A stretch of 64,000 nucleotides of DNA from Candidatus Kerfeldbacteria bacterium (lineage in GTDB: Bacteria > Patescibacteriota > Patescibacteriia > SBBC01 > CAIJZX01): the NCBI GenBank assembly GCA_963731735.1, contig CAVSWO010000002.1, positions 128,529-192,528 on the forward strand, given 5' to 3'. The notes under the pieces were generated by a model that saw only the letters and a program-made list of their open reading frames with translations, was not told where the DNA came from and searched no databases. The translations under genes and the position numbers were made by a program. This document shows, one piece after another, positions 1 through 9,856 of the stretch; the stretch's first letter is position 1; every line of letters begins with the position of its first letter.

Positions 1-378
1 GACGAATTCATTGACCGCCTCCGGCAACTGCAAATCTTTAACATGCTTGAGTTCGGTACTAATGAAATGTAGCGTCATGGCTAACGAGCCGCGCTGATAA
101 AACGCGCTGACTTTAAAGCGAACTTGCGGATTAAGGCTGTAGCCGAGCACAATTTCTTTGTTGGTTTCCAGGGTTTTACGCTGCTGCTCGGTCAAAAAAG
201 TGCTCAGGACCGATTCCATAAAGTCTTCGGAGATGATTTGCTCGTCGGCCAGCGCTTGGAGCTGACCATTCACGCGCACAATCGGCTGGCTGCCGATCAG
301 TAAATGCAAATCCGAGGCCCGTAAACCGGCCGCGGTCGTCAACATCCGATTGAGTGTAATGCTATCCGTTGCTCCCAT
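1..378 (-). CDS. pilT: Type IV pilus retraction ATPase, PilT/PilU family, N-terminal part (gene continues past window start)
   Basis: Minus-strand translation from the ATG at 378 gives MGATDSITLNRMLTTAAGLRASDLHLLIGSQPIVRVNGQLQ..., matching the conserved PilT N-terminus (ASDLHL, PIxRVxG). No stop before position 1. Not in the ORF track because it is truncated. Confidence 0.6.
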   Translation of the reverse strand, partial: MGATDSITLNRMLTTAAGLRASDLHLLIGSQPIVRVNGQLQALADEQIISEDFMESVLSTFLTEQQRKTLETNKEIVLGYSLNPQVRFKVSAFYQRGSLAMTLHFISTELKHVKDLQLPEAVNEFV

Positions 379-769
379 GGGCCTGTTGCAAGACGTGTTT
401 AATTTTATCAACCACCTCGGACGGCATGAAGTGCGCTTTAATCAAGTAATCGACCGCGCCCAGATTCAGCCCTTCGACCACATCGGATTTCTGGCCCAAG
501 TTGGTGAGTAAAATCACCGGAATGTCTTTGGTGGCGGCATCGGCCTTCAATTGTTTCAAGACATCAAAACCATTGAGTTTTGGTAGCAAGATATCAAGTA
601 AGATGAGATCCGGCTGAAACTTCTGGGCTTGATCCAGTCCGGCTTTTCCGTCAACGGCCAGTTGGGTTTCGAACTTTTCCATGCTAAGCTTGGTGACGTA
701 CATTCCGGCTAAAAACGCGTCATCTTCGATGATTAAGATTTTAGATTTCGCGAGGTCTTTATTTGGCAT
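362..769 (-). CDS. Single-domain response regulator receiver (CheY/PilH-like)
   Basis: 135 aa; ILIIEDD acidic pocket, phospho-acceptor region LILLDILLP, conserved T and K (DYLIKA). Lies between pilB and pilT. Confidence 0.8.
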   Translation of the reverse strand: MPNKDLAKSKILIIEDDAFLAGMYVTKLSMEKFETQLAVDGKAGLDQAQKFQPDLILLDILLPKLNGFDVLKQLKADAATKDIPVILLTNLGQKSDVVEGLNLGAVDYLIKAHFMPSEVVDKIKHVLQQAHGSNG

Positions 770-780
770 AGGTATACATA

Positions 781-2535
781 TTAGGCGCGGGTCGCGTCGA
801 GAACTTCTTCAACGCTGGTAAATCCACGCAAGGCTTTAATCATCCCGTCTTGTTTCATGGTGACCATCCCCTGGTTGGCGAAAGCGGCCGTAATTTTTTC
901 AATTAAGTCACCGCCGCCAACGATAATTTTCTTCATTTCTTCGTTGATTTCCAGGACTTCAGAAATTGCCACCCGGCCCTTATAACCGGTATTTTCGCAG
1001 CGGGCGCATCCTTTTCCCTGCCACATTTTTAGCGGCGGCGTCAGGTCTATTTCTTTAGGGAGCGTCTTTTTCGATAACGGTTCCAACTCAGCCAATACTT
1101 TTTCCTGAATTTCATCCGGCATGGGAGTTTGCTGCTTACAATGCTGGCAGACCCGTCGCACCAGCCGTTGCGCCATGACCACATTCAACGAGGAGGCGAT
1201 CAGAAATGGTTCAATTTGCATATCAATCAAGCGCGGCACGGCCCCAATTGAGTCGTTGGTGTGCAAGGTGGAGAGCACGACGTGCCCGGTTAGTGCGGCG
1301 TGGACGCCTAAGGCGGCCGTTTCATTGTCGCGGATTTCACCGACCATGATAATATCCGGGTCTTGTCGCAGAATGGACCGCAAGCCGGCCGCAAACGTTA
1401 ACCCGACCTCCGGATTGACCTGCGATTGGTTAATGCCGGTCATGTAATACTCGACCGGGTCTTCAAGGGTAATAATGTTCACGCCCTCTTCATTCAGAAT
1501 ATTAAGGAGCGCGTACAAGGTGGTCGATTTACCGGATCCGGTTGGACCGGTTATCAGGAACATGCCGTGTGAGCGGGTTATTGCTTCCAGCATGACTTCC
1601 TTGTTGCGGCCTTCAAAACCCAGACCCTCAACCTTGATCAGTTCGCTGTTCGTATCCAAAATACGCATCACAACTTTTTCGCTGTTGATCAGCGGCAAGG
1701 TTGAAACGCGATAGTCAATATTGCGGCCGTCAATCACCATCCGGAATCGACCGTCCTGCGGCACCCGCGTTTCGTCAATTTTCAGGTTGGACAAGACCTT
1801 AATCCGGGCAACTAACGATGAGTGGACGTGCTTCGGGAGGGTCAACGAGGTGTGCAAGATACCGTCGATTCGGTAACGAATCCGGGTTTCATCGGCTACC
1901 GGCTCGATGTGCACGTCGGAGGCTTTGCCTTCAACCGCGTGACGCATGACGACCGAGACAATTTTTGAGACCGGCGCGGTTTTGACAACCTCCTCCAGCC
2001 CTTTATCAGAAATATCAACCGCTCCGATTTCCTTATCGGCGTCTTTCTCGGCGCCTTTCAGCGCCTCTTCCACTTCAGCCGACAAACTTTCGTACTGTCG
2101 CAAGACGTATTTGAGCGAAGCGTCGGAAGTCAGGTAATATTTGATCTGAAAATTATTCTTGCGGGCAATATACTCAATCGCTTCCAGGGCTTGAAAATTC
2201 GTCGGATCGACCATCGCAATCGAGACTTGGTTGTCGGACCGATTGAAGGCCACCATTTTGTAATTGGCCGCTAATTCCTGCGGCATGATATTCAAAATTT
2301 CGGCCCGGACAATTTTGCCGAACAAATCGACCGACGGCATGTTGTAGAGCGATGCCTTGGCTTTGAGCAGGTCCTCATCTCGAACCGCGCCCGAGTGCTC
2401 GATCACATGATCAAGCGTTTCCCGTTGCTGTTGCGCTTGGGCTTGCAATTCGCCAAGCTTGGCCGGCGTGATGGCCTTGGCCTGGAGCAGGATATCAGCC
2501 AGCGAGGCGGTCGTGGATACTTGCGGACCGGGCAT
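781..2535 (-). CDS. pilB: Type IV pilus assembly ATPase, PilB/GspE family
   Basis: 584 aa; N-terminal T2SSE_N-like region, Walker A GPTGSGKST, Walker B/Asp box DPDIIMVGEIRD, His box, tetracysteine CQHC...CARC zinc motif. Confidence 0.85.
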   Translation of the reverse strand: MPGPQVSTTASLADILLQAKAITPAKLGELQAQAQQQRETLDHVIEHSGAVRDEDLLKAKASLYNMPSVDLFGKIVRAEILNIMPQELAANYKMVAFNRSDNQVSIAMVDPTNFQALEAIEYIARKNNFQIKYYLTSDASLKYVLRQYESLSAEVEEALKGAEKDADKEIGAVDISDKGLEEVVKTAPVSKIVSVVMRHAVEGKASDVHIEPVADETRIRYRIDGILHTSLTLPKHVHSSLVARIKVLSNLKIDETRVPQDGRFRMVIDGRNIDYRVSTLPLINSEKVVMRILDTNSELIKVEGLGFEGRNKEVMLEAITRSHGMFLITGPTGSGKSTTLYALLNILNEEGVNIITLEDPVEYYMTGINQSQVNPEVGLTFAAGLRSILRQDPDIIMVGEIRDNETAALGVHAALTGHVVLSTLHTNDSIGAVPRLIDMQIEPFLIASSLNVVMAQRLVRRVCQHCKQQTPMPDEIQEKVLAELEPLSKKTLPKEIDLTPPLKMWQGKGCARCENTGYKGRVAISEVLEINEEMKKIIVGGGDLIEKITAAFANQGMVTMKQDGMIKALRGFTSVEEVLDATRA

Positions 2536-2538
2536 AGG

Positions 2539-2814
2539 CTATTGAAATGGATTGGGATTGCCAGAATCTGCGTTGACGTTGACCGTCACGGTTTGATCGA
2601 ACGACTGGAGGTCCTGATAGCGCGCATCGTTTAAAATCGTTTCTCCGAAATTGGTAATAACGGTTCGATTACGATTTTGGTTGACCAGCATGTCGTTACT
2701 GGTCGGAGCTAGGAACTGCTGGACTAAAAACCATCCAATCCCACCCAACACCAATACGACCACGGCGATGATGATGGTGCGATTTGAACTGGTGCGACGT
2801 TTAACAAGGGCCAT
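2539..2814 (-). CDS. Small membrane protein in the pilus operon (single TM helix, Asn/Gln-rich C-terminus)
   Basis: 91 aa ORF with one hydrophobic helix (IIIAVVVLVLGGIGWFLV). Translationally coupled between pilO-like and pilB. Confidence 0.4.
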   Translation of the reverse strand: MALVKRRTSSNRTIIIAVVVLVLGGIGWFLVQQFLAPTSNDMLVNQNRNRTVITNFGETILNDARYQDLQSFDQTVTVNVNADSGNPNPFQ

Positions 2815-2816
2815 GG

Positions 2817-3479
2817 CTAGGAAGATGTTTTATCAGGAACGTAATACGTTCGAACTACGATGGTATAAGGTGAGGAGGTAGTTTCCGTGTCGCTGGTTTC
2901 GGCCGTGTGCGAGAAGCTGACCGATAATACGTCAAATAATCGCTGGCTGGATTCAACCAGCGTCATAAAGCGCTTGAAGGCTTCGTAACTCGTTCCGCCG
3001 GAAACGGTCAGATTAATATCTTCCGTTTTGACATCCAGCGCCGTGGCGGTACCGGCCGGCGCCGTATCCGGCGTCGTCGCGGTGGCCGATGATCCCGAGG
3101 TGCCAATCTGGCCGGATTCATTGACCGAGATAGAGGACAATTCCAAGTTGGCCGTTCGGGCAATATTTTCAAGCGTCAACAACAGGCCCGGGAAATCGGA
3201 TTCGGTCGGCAGGAAGGCGTCCACCTGGGCTAATTGATCCTGCGGTAAGGCGGCTTTAAATTTGGCCACGGATTTCTTGAGTGAGGCCAGATATTCCTGT
3301 TCACTCGACAATTCGGATTCGACGTTCGCTTTTTCCAGGATGCCGGATGTGCGCAGATTCGATATCTTCGTGTCGAGCACTAAGAAATAGCCGCCGACCA
3401 TGACCAGCACCACCAGCACCCAGACCGTCCAGCGGTAATAGTCAGTTAAGAGCGATTGGAGAAAACTTGGGAATTTCAT
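2817..3479 (-). CDS. PilO-like pilus assembly protein (N-terminal TM, coiled coil)
   Basis: 220 aa; TM near N-terminus, predicted coiled-coil region, position after the pilN-like gene; overlaps it by 4 nt. Confidence 0.45.
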   Translation of the reverse strand: MKFPSFLQSLLTDYYRWTVWVLVVLVMVGGYFLVLDTKISNLRTSGILEKANVESELSSEQEYLASLKKSVAKFKAALPQDQLAQVDAFLPTESDFPGLLLTLENIARTANLELSSISVNESGQIGTSGSSATATTPDTAPAGTATALDVKTEDINLTVSGGTSYEAFKRFMTLVESSQRLFDVLSVSFSHTAETSDTETTSSPYTIVVRTYYVPDKTSS

Positions 3480-4351
3480 GAGGTGGTGTCAGTGGTTGGT
3501 GCCTGATCCTGGAAAACCGACGGCAGAATTTGCAGATTGACGGAGAAGGTAACCTGATCGCCCAGTTCAGTCGTGGTTCGGGTGGCGCCGGTGATATCAA
3601 AGCTCGAAATGAAATCTCCGTTGGCGACCGCTTGTTCAAACACCAAATACTGCTGCGCGACGTGTTCGTAGGTGTCCGTCCGGGCGCCAAGCGTCAGGCT
3701 GCCATTGATATCCGCCGCGAACGATGTGCCGTAAAAGACTTCCGGCAGTGTATAGTGCTCAAGCTTGGCGAACATATTGGTCCAGTGGACATGGTCATCA
3801 ATCAGCCGCCGAATGGCGCTGATCTTTTGGGTGGTTTGCTGAATGGTTTTCTGCTCGCCTTTCAGATCGTCAATTTGCTGACGAACCTGCGCTAGCTCCG
3901 TTCGCTTGGTAGTAATTTGGTTGGCAATCGAGCGATCGGCCAGGCTCAAACCGAAATAGGCCAGCCCGACAACCGCCGCCGCGCCCACCATCCAGCCAAC
4001 CAATGACAGCAGCACCATCCGCGGTTTAAAGCTGGAAACCAAATCTTCCGACAGCAGGTTAACATCAAAATTGTCATCATCTTCCGGCAAGGGAATAACC
4101 GCCGGCCGGCTGGAGCGCTTTTCATTGATGATCCGCTGATCCGGTTTTGATTTGCCGAGTCCCATCCGCCCTTTATCGGCTTTGGCTTGCCCGAGCGTCG
4201 GGTTCGAATGCCCAAGCATCGATCGGAACATTTTGCCAAATCCCCCGCCGCCGGCCGTCGGGTCGGTCATTTCCGGCTGCCCCGGCTTCTTCGGCGGCTT
4301 GGGCGGCAAGTCCGGGGATTGCGTGTCGTGAATTAGGTTAACTTCCGGCAT
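3476..4351 (-). CDS. PilN-like pilus assembly protein (cytoplasmic N-tail, TM, coiled coil)
   Basis: 291 aa; Pro/Gly-rich N-terminal tail, single TM (VLLSLVGWMVGAAAVVGLAYFGL), coiled-coil segment, directly downstream of pilM. Confidence 0.45.
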   Translation of the reverse strand: MPEVNLIHDTQSPDLPPKPPKKPGQPEMTDPTAGGGGFGKMFRSMLGHSNPTLGQAKADKGRMGLGKSKPDQRIINEKRSSRPAVIPLPEDDDNFDVNLLSEDLVSSFKPRMVLLSLVGWMVGAAAVVGLAYFGLSLADRSIANQITTKRTELAQVRQQIDDLKGEQKTIQQTTQKISAIRRLIDDHVHWTNMFAKLEHYTLPEVFYGTSFAADINGSLTLGARTDTYEHVAQQYLVFEQAVANGDFISSFDITGATRTTTELGDQVTFSVNLQILPSVFQDQAPTTDTTS

Positions 4352-4360
4352 AGCAAATTT

Positions 4361-5425
4361 TTAGGCGACGATCTCCCGCATCCCCAAGCCAATCGAAACC
4401 GCGAAGCGCGGTCCAATTTCCTGGAGCACCGGCTGTAGATCAACCGGGTAGACGACGCGCGCCCACGGGTCACCGATAAACGTTTTGAGCGATAGGGTTT
4501 TTTCCAAGTATTCCGGCAGATTTAACAAAAACGATGAGCCACCGGCCAGGATAATCTTTTCAACCGGCGCCCGGCCCTGGTTACGATAGAGATTCAGCAC
4601 AAACCGAATTTCATTGATGATTGAACTTATCACAAATTCAATCGTTTTCGGAATTTGGGAAACCGATTGGCCGGTCGAAATGCCGAAGTCGCGTTTGAAC
4701 TGTTCGGCGCGTTCGAGATCGATGTTCATACTTTGGGCAATGGATTTTGAAATGGTGTTGCCGCCCACGTCGATGCTGCGGTTGATCAGCGGTATGCCGT
4801 CGACGAAAACCGCGATGTTGGTGGCCACGGCGCCGATATCGACGATCATGACCGGGGAGGAATCCGTGCCGATCAAGGATCGTTCCAGGGCCAAAGCCTC
4901 CGTCTCAAGATTGATCATCTGGAGTCCGGCGCCTTTGGCAATGTCTAAATAGCGTTTAACCAGGTTTTTCGGCGCGGCCGTGATCAGGACTTTCAGGTTC
5001 TTGGGCTGGTCGGTTTGGGCTTTCGGGTTTTTCGACGAGTTCTCTTTGATTAATTTCCAGTCTAACACCAATTCATCGATCGGCAGGGGCACGAATTTCT
5101 TGGCTTCCCAGCGGACGGCTGCATTCAATTCTTTGCGGGTCATCAGCGGTAAACTGATGATCGAACTGAAAACCGTGAAGCTTGGCAGGGCGGTAATCGC
5201 CTTATTTGAGGTAAATCCGGCGTGTTTGATTAGCGATTTTAGCGCGCTGATGACCGCTTCCTTGCCGGCCGTGGCGTCGCTTTTGACTATATCGAACTTC
5301 TCTTCGACGTAACCGTAGGTCATCAAACGCGGCCGACCATTATCGTCGCCCATTTGGACCACTTTGATACTTGAGGTCCCGATATCGATGCCAAGAAAAC
5401 TTTGTTTTGGGTTGAATGTTGCCAT
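4361..5425 (-). CDS. pilM: Type IV pilus assembly protein PilM (actin-like ATPase fold)
   Basis: 354 aa; N-terminal GIDIGTSSIKVV phosphate-1 motif and actin/FtsA-like architecture typical of PilM. Confidence 0.8.
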   Translation of the reverse strand: MATFNPKQSFLGIDIGTSSIKVVQMGDDNGRPRLMTYGYVEEKFDIVKSDATAGKEAVISALKSLIKHAGFTSNKAITALPSFTVFSSIISLPLMTRKELNAAVRWEAKKFVPLPIDELVLDWKLIKENSSKNPKAQTDQPKNLKVLITAAPKNLVKRYLDIAKGAGLQMINLETEALALERSLIGTDSSPVMIVDIGAVATNIAVFVDGIPLINRSIDVGGNTISKSIAQSMNIDLERAEQFKRDFGISTGQSVSQIPKTIEFVISSIINEIRFVLNLYRNQGRAPVEKIILAGGSSFLLNLPEYLEKTLSLKTFIGDPWARVVYPVDLQPVLQEIGPRFAVSIGLGMREIVA

Positions 5426-5614
5426 AACGGCGGGTCAGCAAATCGGTGAATCTGGCCGGCCCGAATGTTGAAAAGAAGTCGTGCGAGACCGCTTTAGTAT
5501 GGCACAAAAAATGGTCAAAGTCAAAATAACCGCTACCTGTGGAGAACTTTCCAGGTACAAAAACTCCTTGCGATTGTTCGTTTCGCCTTCTGTCCCGATA
5601 ATGTTACTCGATGC

Positions 5615-8600
5615 TTACGGCCCGGTGCTGACACTACTTGGTAGCACGCCGGCGAAGTCGCGAAAACCTTGCGGCGGATTGGATTGCAGCCGACCGTCGT
5701 TGATGATGACTTCTGACGGCAACGGCGTTTCAACCGTGCCGGCGAAGGTCCGGGCGAAATAGAATTTATGAGCCAGCATTATCCCCCGAACCGTCAACGG
5801 GAAATTGTTTGGTAAATTGCGGGTAACGGTACACTCCGTCGGCGGTGAATCACCATTGTCCGGTTGGCCGGTGCATATCGTTCCGGTCACATAATAATTG
5901 CCGGCCAGCTCGGTCACGCCGTTATCAATGATCAGATTGCCTTTGACAACAACCATCAAGGATGCTAATTGACGGAGAAGCGTTATTGACGGTGATAGAG
6001 AATACACAATATCTTTATCGATCCGCAGGTTACCATTTATAATCAGGGTTCCCGCCCCGCTGACAAAACTGGAACCACTCAAGCCACCGTTAAGAATAGT
6101 GAAACTCCTGTCGATTGTGTAGGTTTGCGTGCCACCCGCCTTACCCGCGACGAACACTTTATCCTGGAGTTTGGTTGTCGAATTACCTGCACCAATCATT
6201 GCATCCACAATGCTCCCACCGCTGTCGCCAAGCGATGTGACTGTTTGACCAAATTTATTAGTCTTATTTGTGGAGTCTGTCACCGTCTCTGCGCCCTGTA
6301 AATCAATCCGGCCGAGCGCGGTTTCAAACAAGTTTTTTTGTGACGCAAACGGAGTAAACGACGCGTTATTTTTTTCGGTGTCATAGGTCGCGACTTGATC
6401 AACGGTCAGCGAGGAGCAAAAATTATTTATCGAGCCGCCGGCCGAAACTACGTAACTGGCGTTACACAAATTGCCAGGCGCCGGCAACGTATCCGGGGCG
6501 CCAATGTTCCCCTGCGAGTAGACATCACCCAGTCGGGTCTGAATATAGCGGCGAGTCCCTTTAATCACATTCCCGAAATTCAACCAGCCGTAATCCGGGC
6601 TCCAGGCATAACCGGAGAATTGTCCGGTGATCGTATCCAGGTTTACCCCGTATTGATCGCATAAGGCGCCGGCGGCGCTACAGGTCGCACCTGTAAAACT
6701 GCACGTCCCACCGTTGCATTGAGTGTCATTCGTGCAAGCGTCGTAGGCATTGGTTGATTCACTCGAGCAGAAAGAGGCCGGCTTACAAGATTCATTCGCC
6801 GTGCACTCCGAATCCACCGTGCAAGTATTTTTCGTGATATCTCCACCACAATATTTCGTACAGCTTGCCGCCTCAGGTTGACAACTCCGCTGGTCCCCAT
6901 CTTGGCAAAAAGCACAAGACAGGTCACCACCGCTTAAGGCACAGGCCTGACAGGCAATCAATGAATACGTACCGCCGATGTTCACTGGCGTTGGTGTATT
7001 AACGGGTTTTCCACGTAAACTAATCCAACCGCGGGAACTATCGCCGTTCGGGTCACTCGAATTGGCCAAGGTCATGAAGCGGCCAACGCCCTGCAATTTT
7101 CCGGTTGTTGCGTCCAGGCAGGCGCCGCCGTTGTCGCAGTAATTGCGTTCCCCAGATCCAGCCTCAAGTTCGGCCGGCGGTGTTCCAATATCATTAGCAT
7201 CAAAGCTCAACCAACCGCCGCCGGCGCAGGCCAGCGAACTGGCATTGTTTTCGTCACACTGCAATCGCGTATTCGGCAGACTTTGCAATTTTGAGCTGCC
7301 GACGCTGGCCCCGCTCGGCAAATCAGCCGAGCCGAACGTACAATCCGCGTCATGTAAACAAATGAAACTTTGATCGTATTCGCAGTGCCCGTAACAATCA
7401 AAATCACGCAAGCAGGCACGTGTATCATCCTCCTGACAGGTGCGGGTGGCTGGATTGCATGATCCGGTCATGGTGTACGTAGTGGCTGGTTGCGGTAAAT
7501 CCGGATCTCGCGCATTGGCGCCCTGGCAGCTGCCGAGAGCGATCGTTTCGTTGTCCGAATTACTGTTTCCGGCCGCGTAATTTTTTCCGAACCAGGCGCG
7601 TCCGCTCAAACGATTATCCTCGAGCGTCAATCCGTAGGCGTCAATTTGCCGCTGGCAAAGGGATACGCTGTTCCCATCCCGTTGATTTAAACAGCTAGTC
7701 GAAATCCAGCCCAACCCGGCATTTTGCCCGCCGTTGGCCGGACTTGCATTGCCGGCCCAGACATAGCCCGAGACGTTGCCGGACACCCGTTGGAGCAACA
7801 AACTGCTCGGCCCGACCGCAAAGGCGTGCTGCTGTCCGATAGCGCTGACCGCATATAATGGATCACTGGTATTAGCGGCAGACTCAACCCGGCTGGAGAG
7901 GCTTAAAAAATTTCTGTCAGAATAAATAATACTAGTTCCATTATCTCCGACGGCCGTTATTTCTGCTCCCACCAGGGAATTCGCTGACGGGCTGTCCACC
8001 TGTTCAACACGGAGATTATCACACCAAACTTTCGCTCCATAGGTCGCTTCGCAGCTAACTTGGAGCTGCATGCCAAAATACCCAATCCGCGGGTTGGAAG
8101 TGGCGCCCTTAATCGGATTGGCGTATTGATTATTTTCCTGGGAAACAACCATTTCAAACGGAATATAGCCGTCGGTCGCGCCCTGGTTGATGGTCCGAAT
8201 TTGCGTCCGATTTTCGAACGCGCAGTCCGGAGCGGTGGCCTGCCCGACGTTACCTCCGACGCATCCAATCGCGATGCCGCCCTGGGGAATGGTTGCGGCC
8301 GGGTTCGGAGCAACGGTACCGGGAAATTCCACCTTGTATTCGCCGGAAATTTTATAGCGAATGCCCGGAATTGTTGAAAGGCGGATGGTGTTCACCGCTG
8401 CAACCGAATGTTTCGTGTTTCCATTTGTTCCATTCGTACAATCGGATATGCTTGAATAGGTGGGTCGTGGTTCAAGCATCAACGCGTAATTGCTTCCCCC
8501 TGACCCAACTTCGGTCGAGATCTGGATTTCTTTGGTACTAATACCGACTTTATTGCTCCCCCCATCGCAACCAGTGCTGCTGAAACCGCCGGCGCCCTCA

Positions 8601-9853
8601 TCAGTAAGGGTCCAAACACTTGGATTCACATATTCACCGGAAGGGTTTGACGATTCCCAAGATTCGAAGTTGCCATTGCGCAAGAGGTTGGATGATGAAC
8701 CCTGTTGAATTGGAATGCTTGAAACATCATGCAAGATGGTCTCGCTGGGAGCGATCTGCGTAAAACCAGCGGCAGATTGTTTCTCACTCAGCCGCCACAA
8801 ACCGTTGCTGGCCGCAACGTAGACCATATTGGCAAGCGGTCCGTTCGTCGAATCAGTAGGATAGTCAGTCGTTTGGACCGTCACCCCGAAGAAACATACT
8901 CCCGAAGCAGAACCGACTTCTGTAACTTGATTGCCGACGACTTTATACAAATGCCCGGATTGAGCACCCGCATTGGTACAGTTTCGATCAAGTTCACCCG
9001 TATTCGATGTCGTGGTGGTGATATAAGCGGTTCGATTTTCCCCAAAAGCGATATCGGTGATATGTTCGGTGCTCGGAATTGGCGAACAAAGTTTTTTCCA
9101 GGTATCCTTCGTATCCGTTATTGAATCATAATATTTGGTATGTTGGAGGAGTAATCCGTTCTTACCCCCTGCTAACATGGGCGTTCGGTAACCTTTAGCC
9201 GCGGCAATCGCGTACAATTCGTTGTCTACCGCGGGATTATTACCTCCCGAACAAGTGGTGTCTTCAAGATATGATGGCAGGGTGGCATTGAGGTCAGGAT
9301 TGGTGGCGGACGTATTTGCATAATCTAGAATAGTGGTCGTTGCTGAACCTGATCCGTCTACATAATTTGTCTGTTTTCCAGCAAACCAAATTTCGGAATT
9401 ACCGCTGCCGGTGTTATATTGCCCGGTGACGGCGTTTTGTTCACCAAGGGTACCGATAGCTGCGGTGACCTGGTTTCCTGAAGAATTAATACGAGTGAGT
9501 GACGTCATCGTTCGCTGCCGCCAACGCTGACCGTCAAACCGGTAGATGCTTCCATCAAAAACGTTTGCTCCGGCTTTGTCTTTATTCTGTCCCACCGCCC
9601 AGGCTTCAAAGAGCTGATTCGAAGTTACGCTAGCTTCTGGGTCGTACGGGTCATTGCGTCTGCTGACTGACCCATCCACCCGGTAATACGAATAAACTCC
9701 CCGAAAATCGGTCGGGGAAAAGTTAGTGGTGGTAATCAGCGGCACAGCTAATTCGGCCATGGTCCGTTGTACGCCCAAGAACACTCCGGTCATGGCAATC
9801 AAAGCGATAATTAGAGAGGCCGGGAATCGGTATCGATGAATCAAACGACGCAT
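5615..9853 (-). CDS. Giant (1412 aa) secreted or cell-surface Cys-rich protein in the pilus operon; candidate pilus-associated adhesin (PilY1-analogous by position only)
   Basis: Intact 4.2-kb ORF; N-terminal basic region plus hydrophobic helix (RYRFPASLIIALIAMTGVFLGV); several Cys-dense segments. Starts 3 nt after the stop of paralog A and is followed by pilM. Confidence 0.7.
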   Translation of the reverse strand: MRRLIHRYRFPASLIIALIAMTGVFLGVQRTMAELAVPLITTTNFSPTDFRGVYSYYRVDGSVSRRNDPYDPEASVTSNQLFEAWAVGQNKDKAGANVFDGSIYRFDGQRWRQRTMTSLTRINSSGNQVTAAIGTLGEQNAVTGQYNTGSGNSEIWFAGKQTNYVDGSGSATTTILDYANTSATNPDLNATLPSYLEDTTCSGGNNPAVDNELYAIAAAKGYRTPMLAGGKNGLLLQHTKYYDSITDTKDTWKKLCSPIPSTEHITDIAFGENRTAYITTTTSNTGELDRNCTNAGAQSGHLYKVVGNQVTEVGSASGVCFFGVTVQTTDYPTDSTNGPLANMVYVAASNGLWRLSEKQSAAGFTQIAPSETILHDVSSIPIQQGSSSNLLRNGNFESWESSNPSGEYVNPSVWTLTDEGAGGFSSTGCDGGSNKVGISTKEIQISTEVGSGGSNYALMLEPRPTYSSISDCTNGTNGNTKHSVAAVNTIRLSTIPGIRYKISGEYKVEFPGTVAPNPAATIPQGGIAIGCVGGNVGQATAPDCAFENRTQIRTINQGATDGYIPFEMVVSQENNQYANPIKGATSNPRIGYFGMQLQVSCEATYGAKVWCDNLRVEQVDSPSANSLVGAEITAVGDNGTSIIYSDRNFLSLSSRVESAANTSDPLYAVSAIGQQHAFAVGPSSLLLQRVSGNVSGYVWAGNASPANGGQNAGLGWISTSCLNQRDGNSVSLCQRQIDAYGLTLEDNRLSGRAWFGKNYAAGNSNSDNETIALGSCQGANARDPDLPQPATTYTMTGSCNPATRTCQEDDTRACLRDFDCYGHCEYDQSFICLHDADCTFGSADLPSGASVGSSKLQSLPNTRLQCDENNASSLACAGGGWLSFDANDIGTPPAELEAGSGERNYCDNGGACLDATTGKLQGVGRFMTLANSSDPNGDSSRGWISLRGKPVNTPTPVNIGGTYSLIACQACALSGGDLSCAFCQDGDQRSCQPEAASCTKYCGGDITKNTCTVDSECTANESCKPASFCSSESTNAYDACTNDTQCNGGTCSFTGATCSAAGALCDQYGVNLDTITGQFSGYAWSPDYGWLNFGNVIKGTRRYIQTRLGDVYSQGNIGAPDTLPAPGNLCNASYVVSAGGSINNFCSSLTVDQVATYDTEKNNASFTPFASQKNLFETALGRIDLQGAETVTDSTNKTNKFGQTVTSLGDSGGSIVDAMIGAGNSTTKLQDKVFVAGKAGGTQTYTIDRSFTILNGGLSGSSFVSGAGTLIINGNLRIDKDIVYSLSPSITLLRQLASLMVVVKGNLIIDNGVTELAGNYYVTGTICTGQPDNGDSPPTECTVTRNLPNNFPLTVRGIMLAHKFYFARTFAGTVETPLPSEVIINDGRLQSNPPQGFRDFAGVLPSSVSTGP

Positions 9854-9856
9854 AAT

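Noticed and set aside
1121-2137. Plus-strand ORFs 1121..1447, 1475..1714, 1946..2137 inside pilB
   Set aside because: Antisense shadow ORFs within a strongly supported ATPase gene; no motifs and skewed composition.
6395-9124. Many 60-130 aa ORFs on both strands inside the 1412-aa gene (e.g. 6395..6664, 7957..8313, 8729..9124)
   Set aside because: All are nested in an intact long ORF; they are typical GC-rich alternative-frame artefacts.
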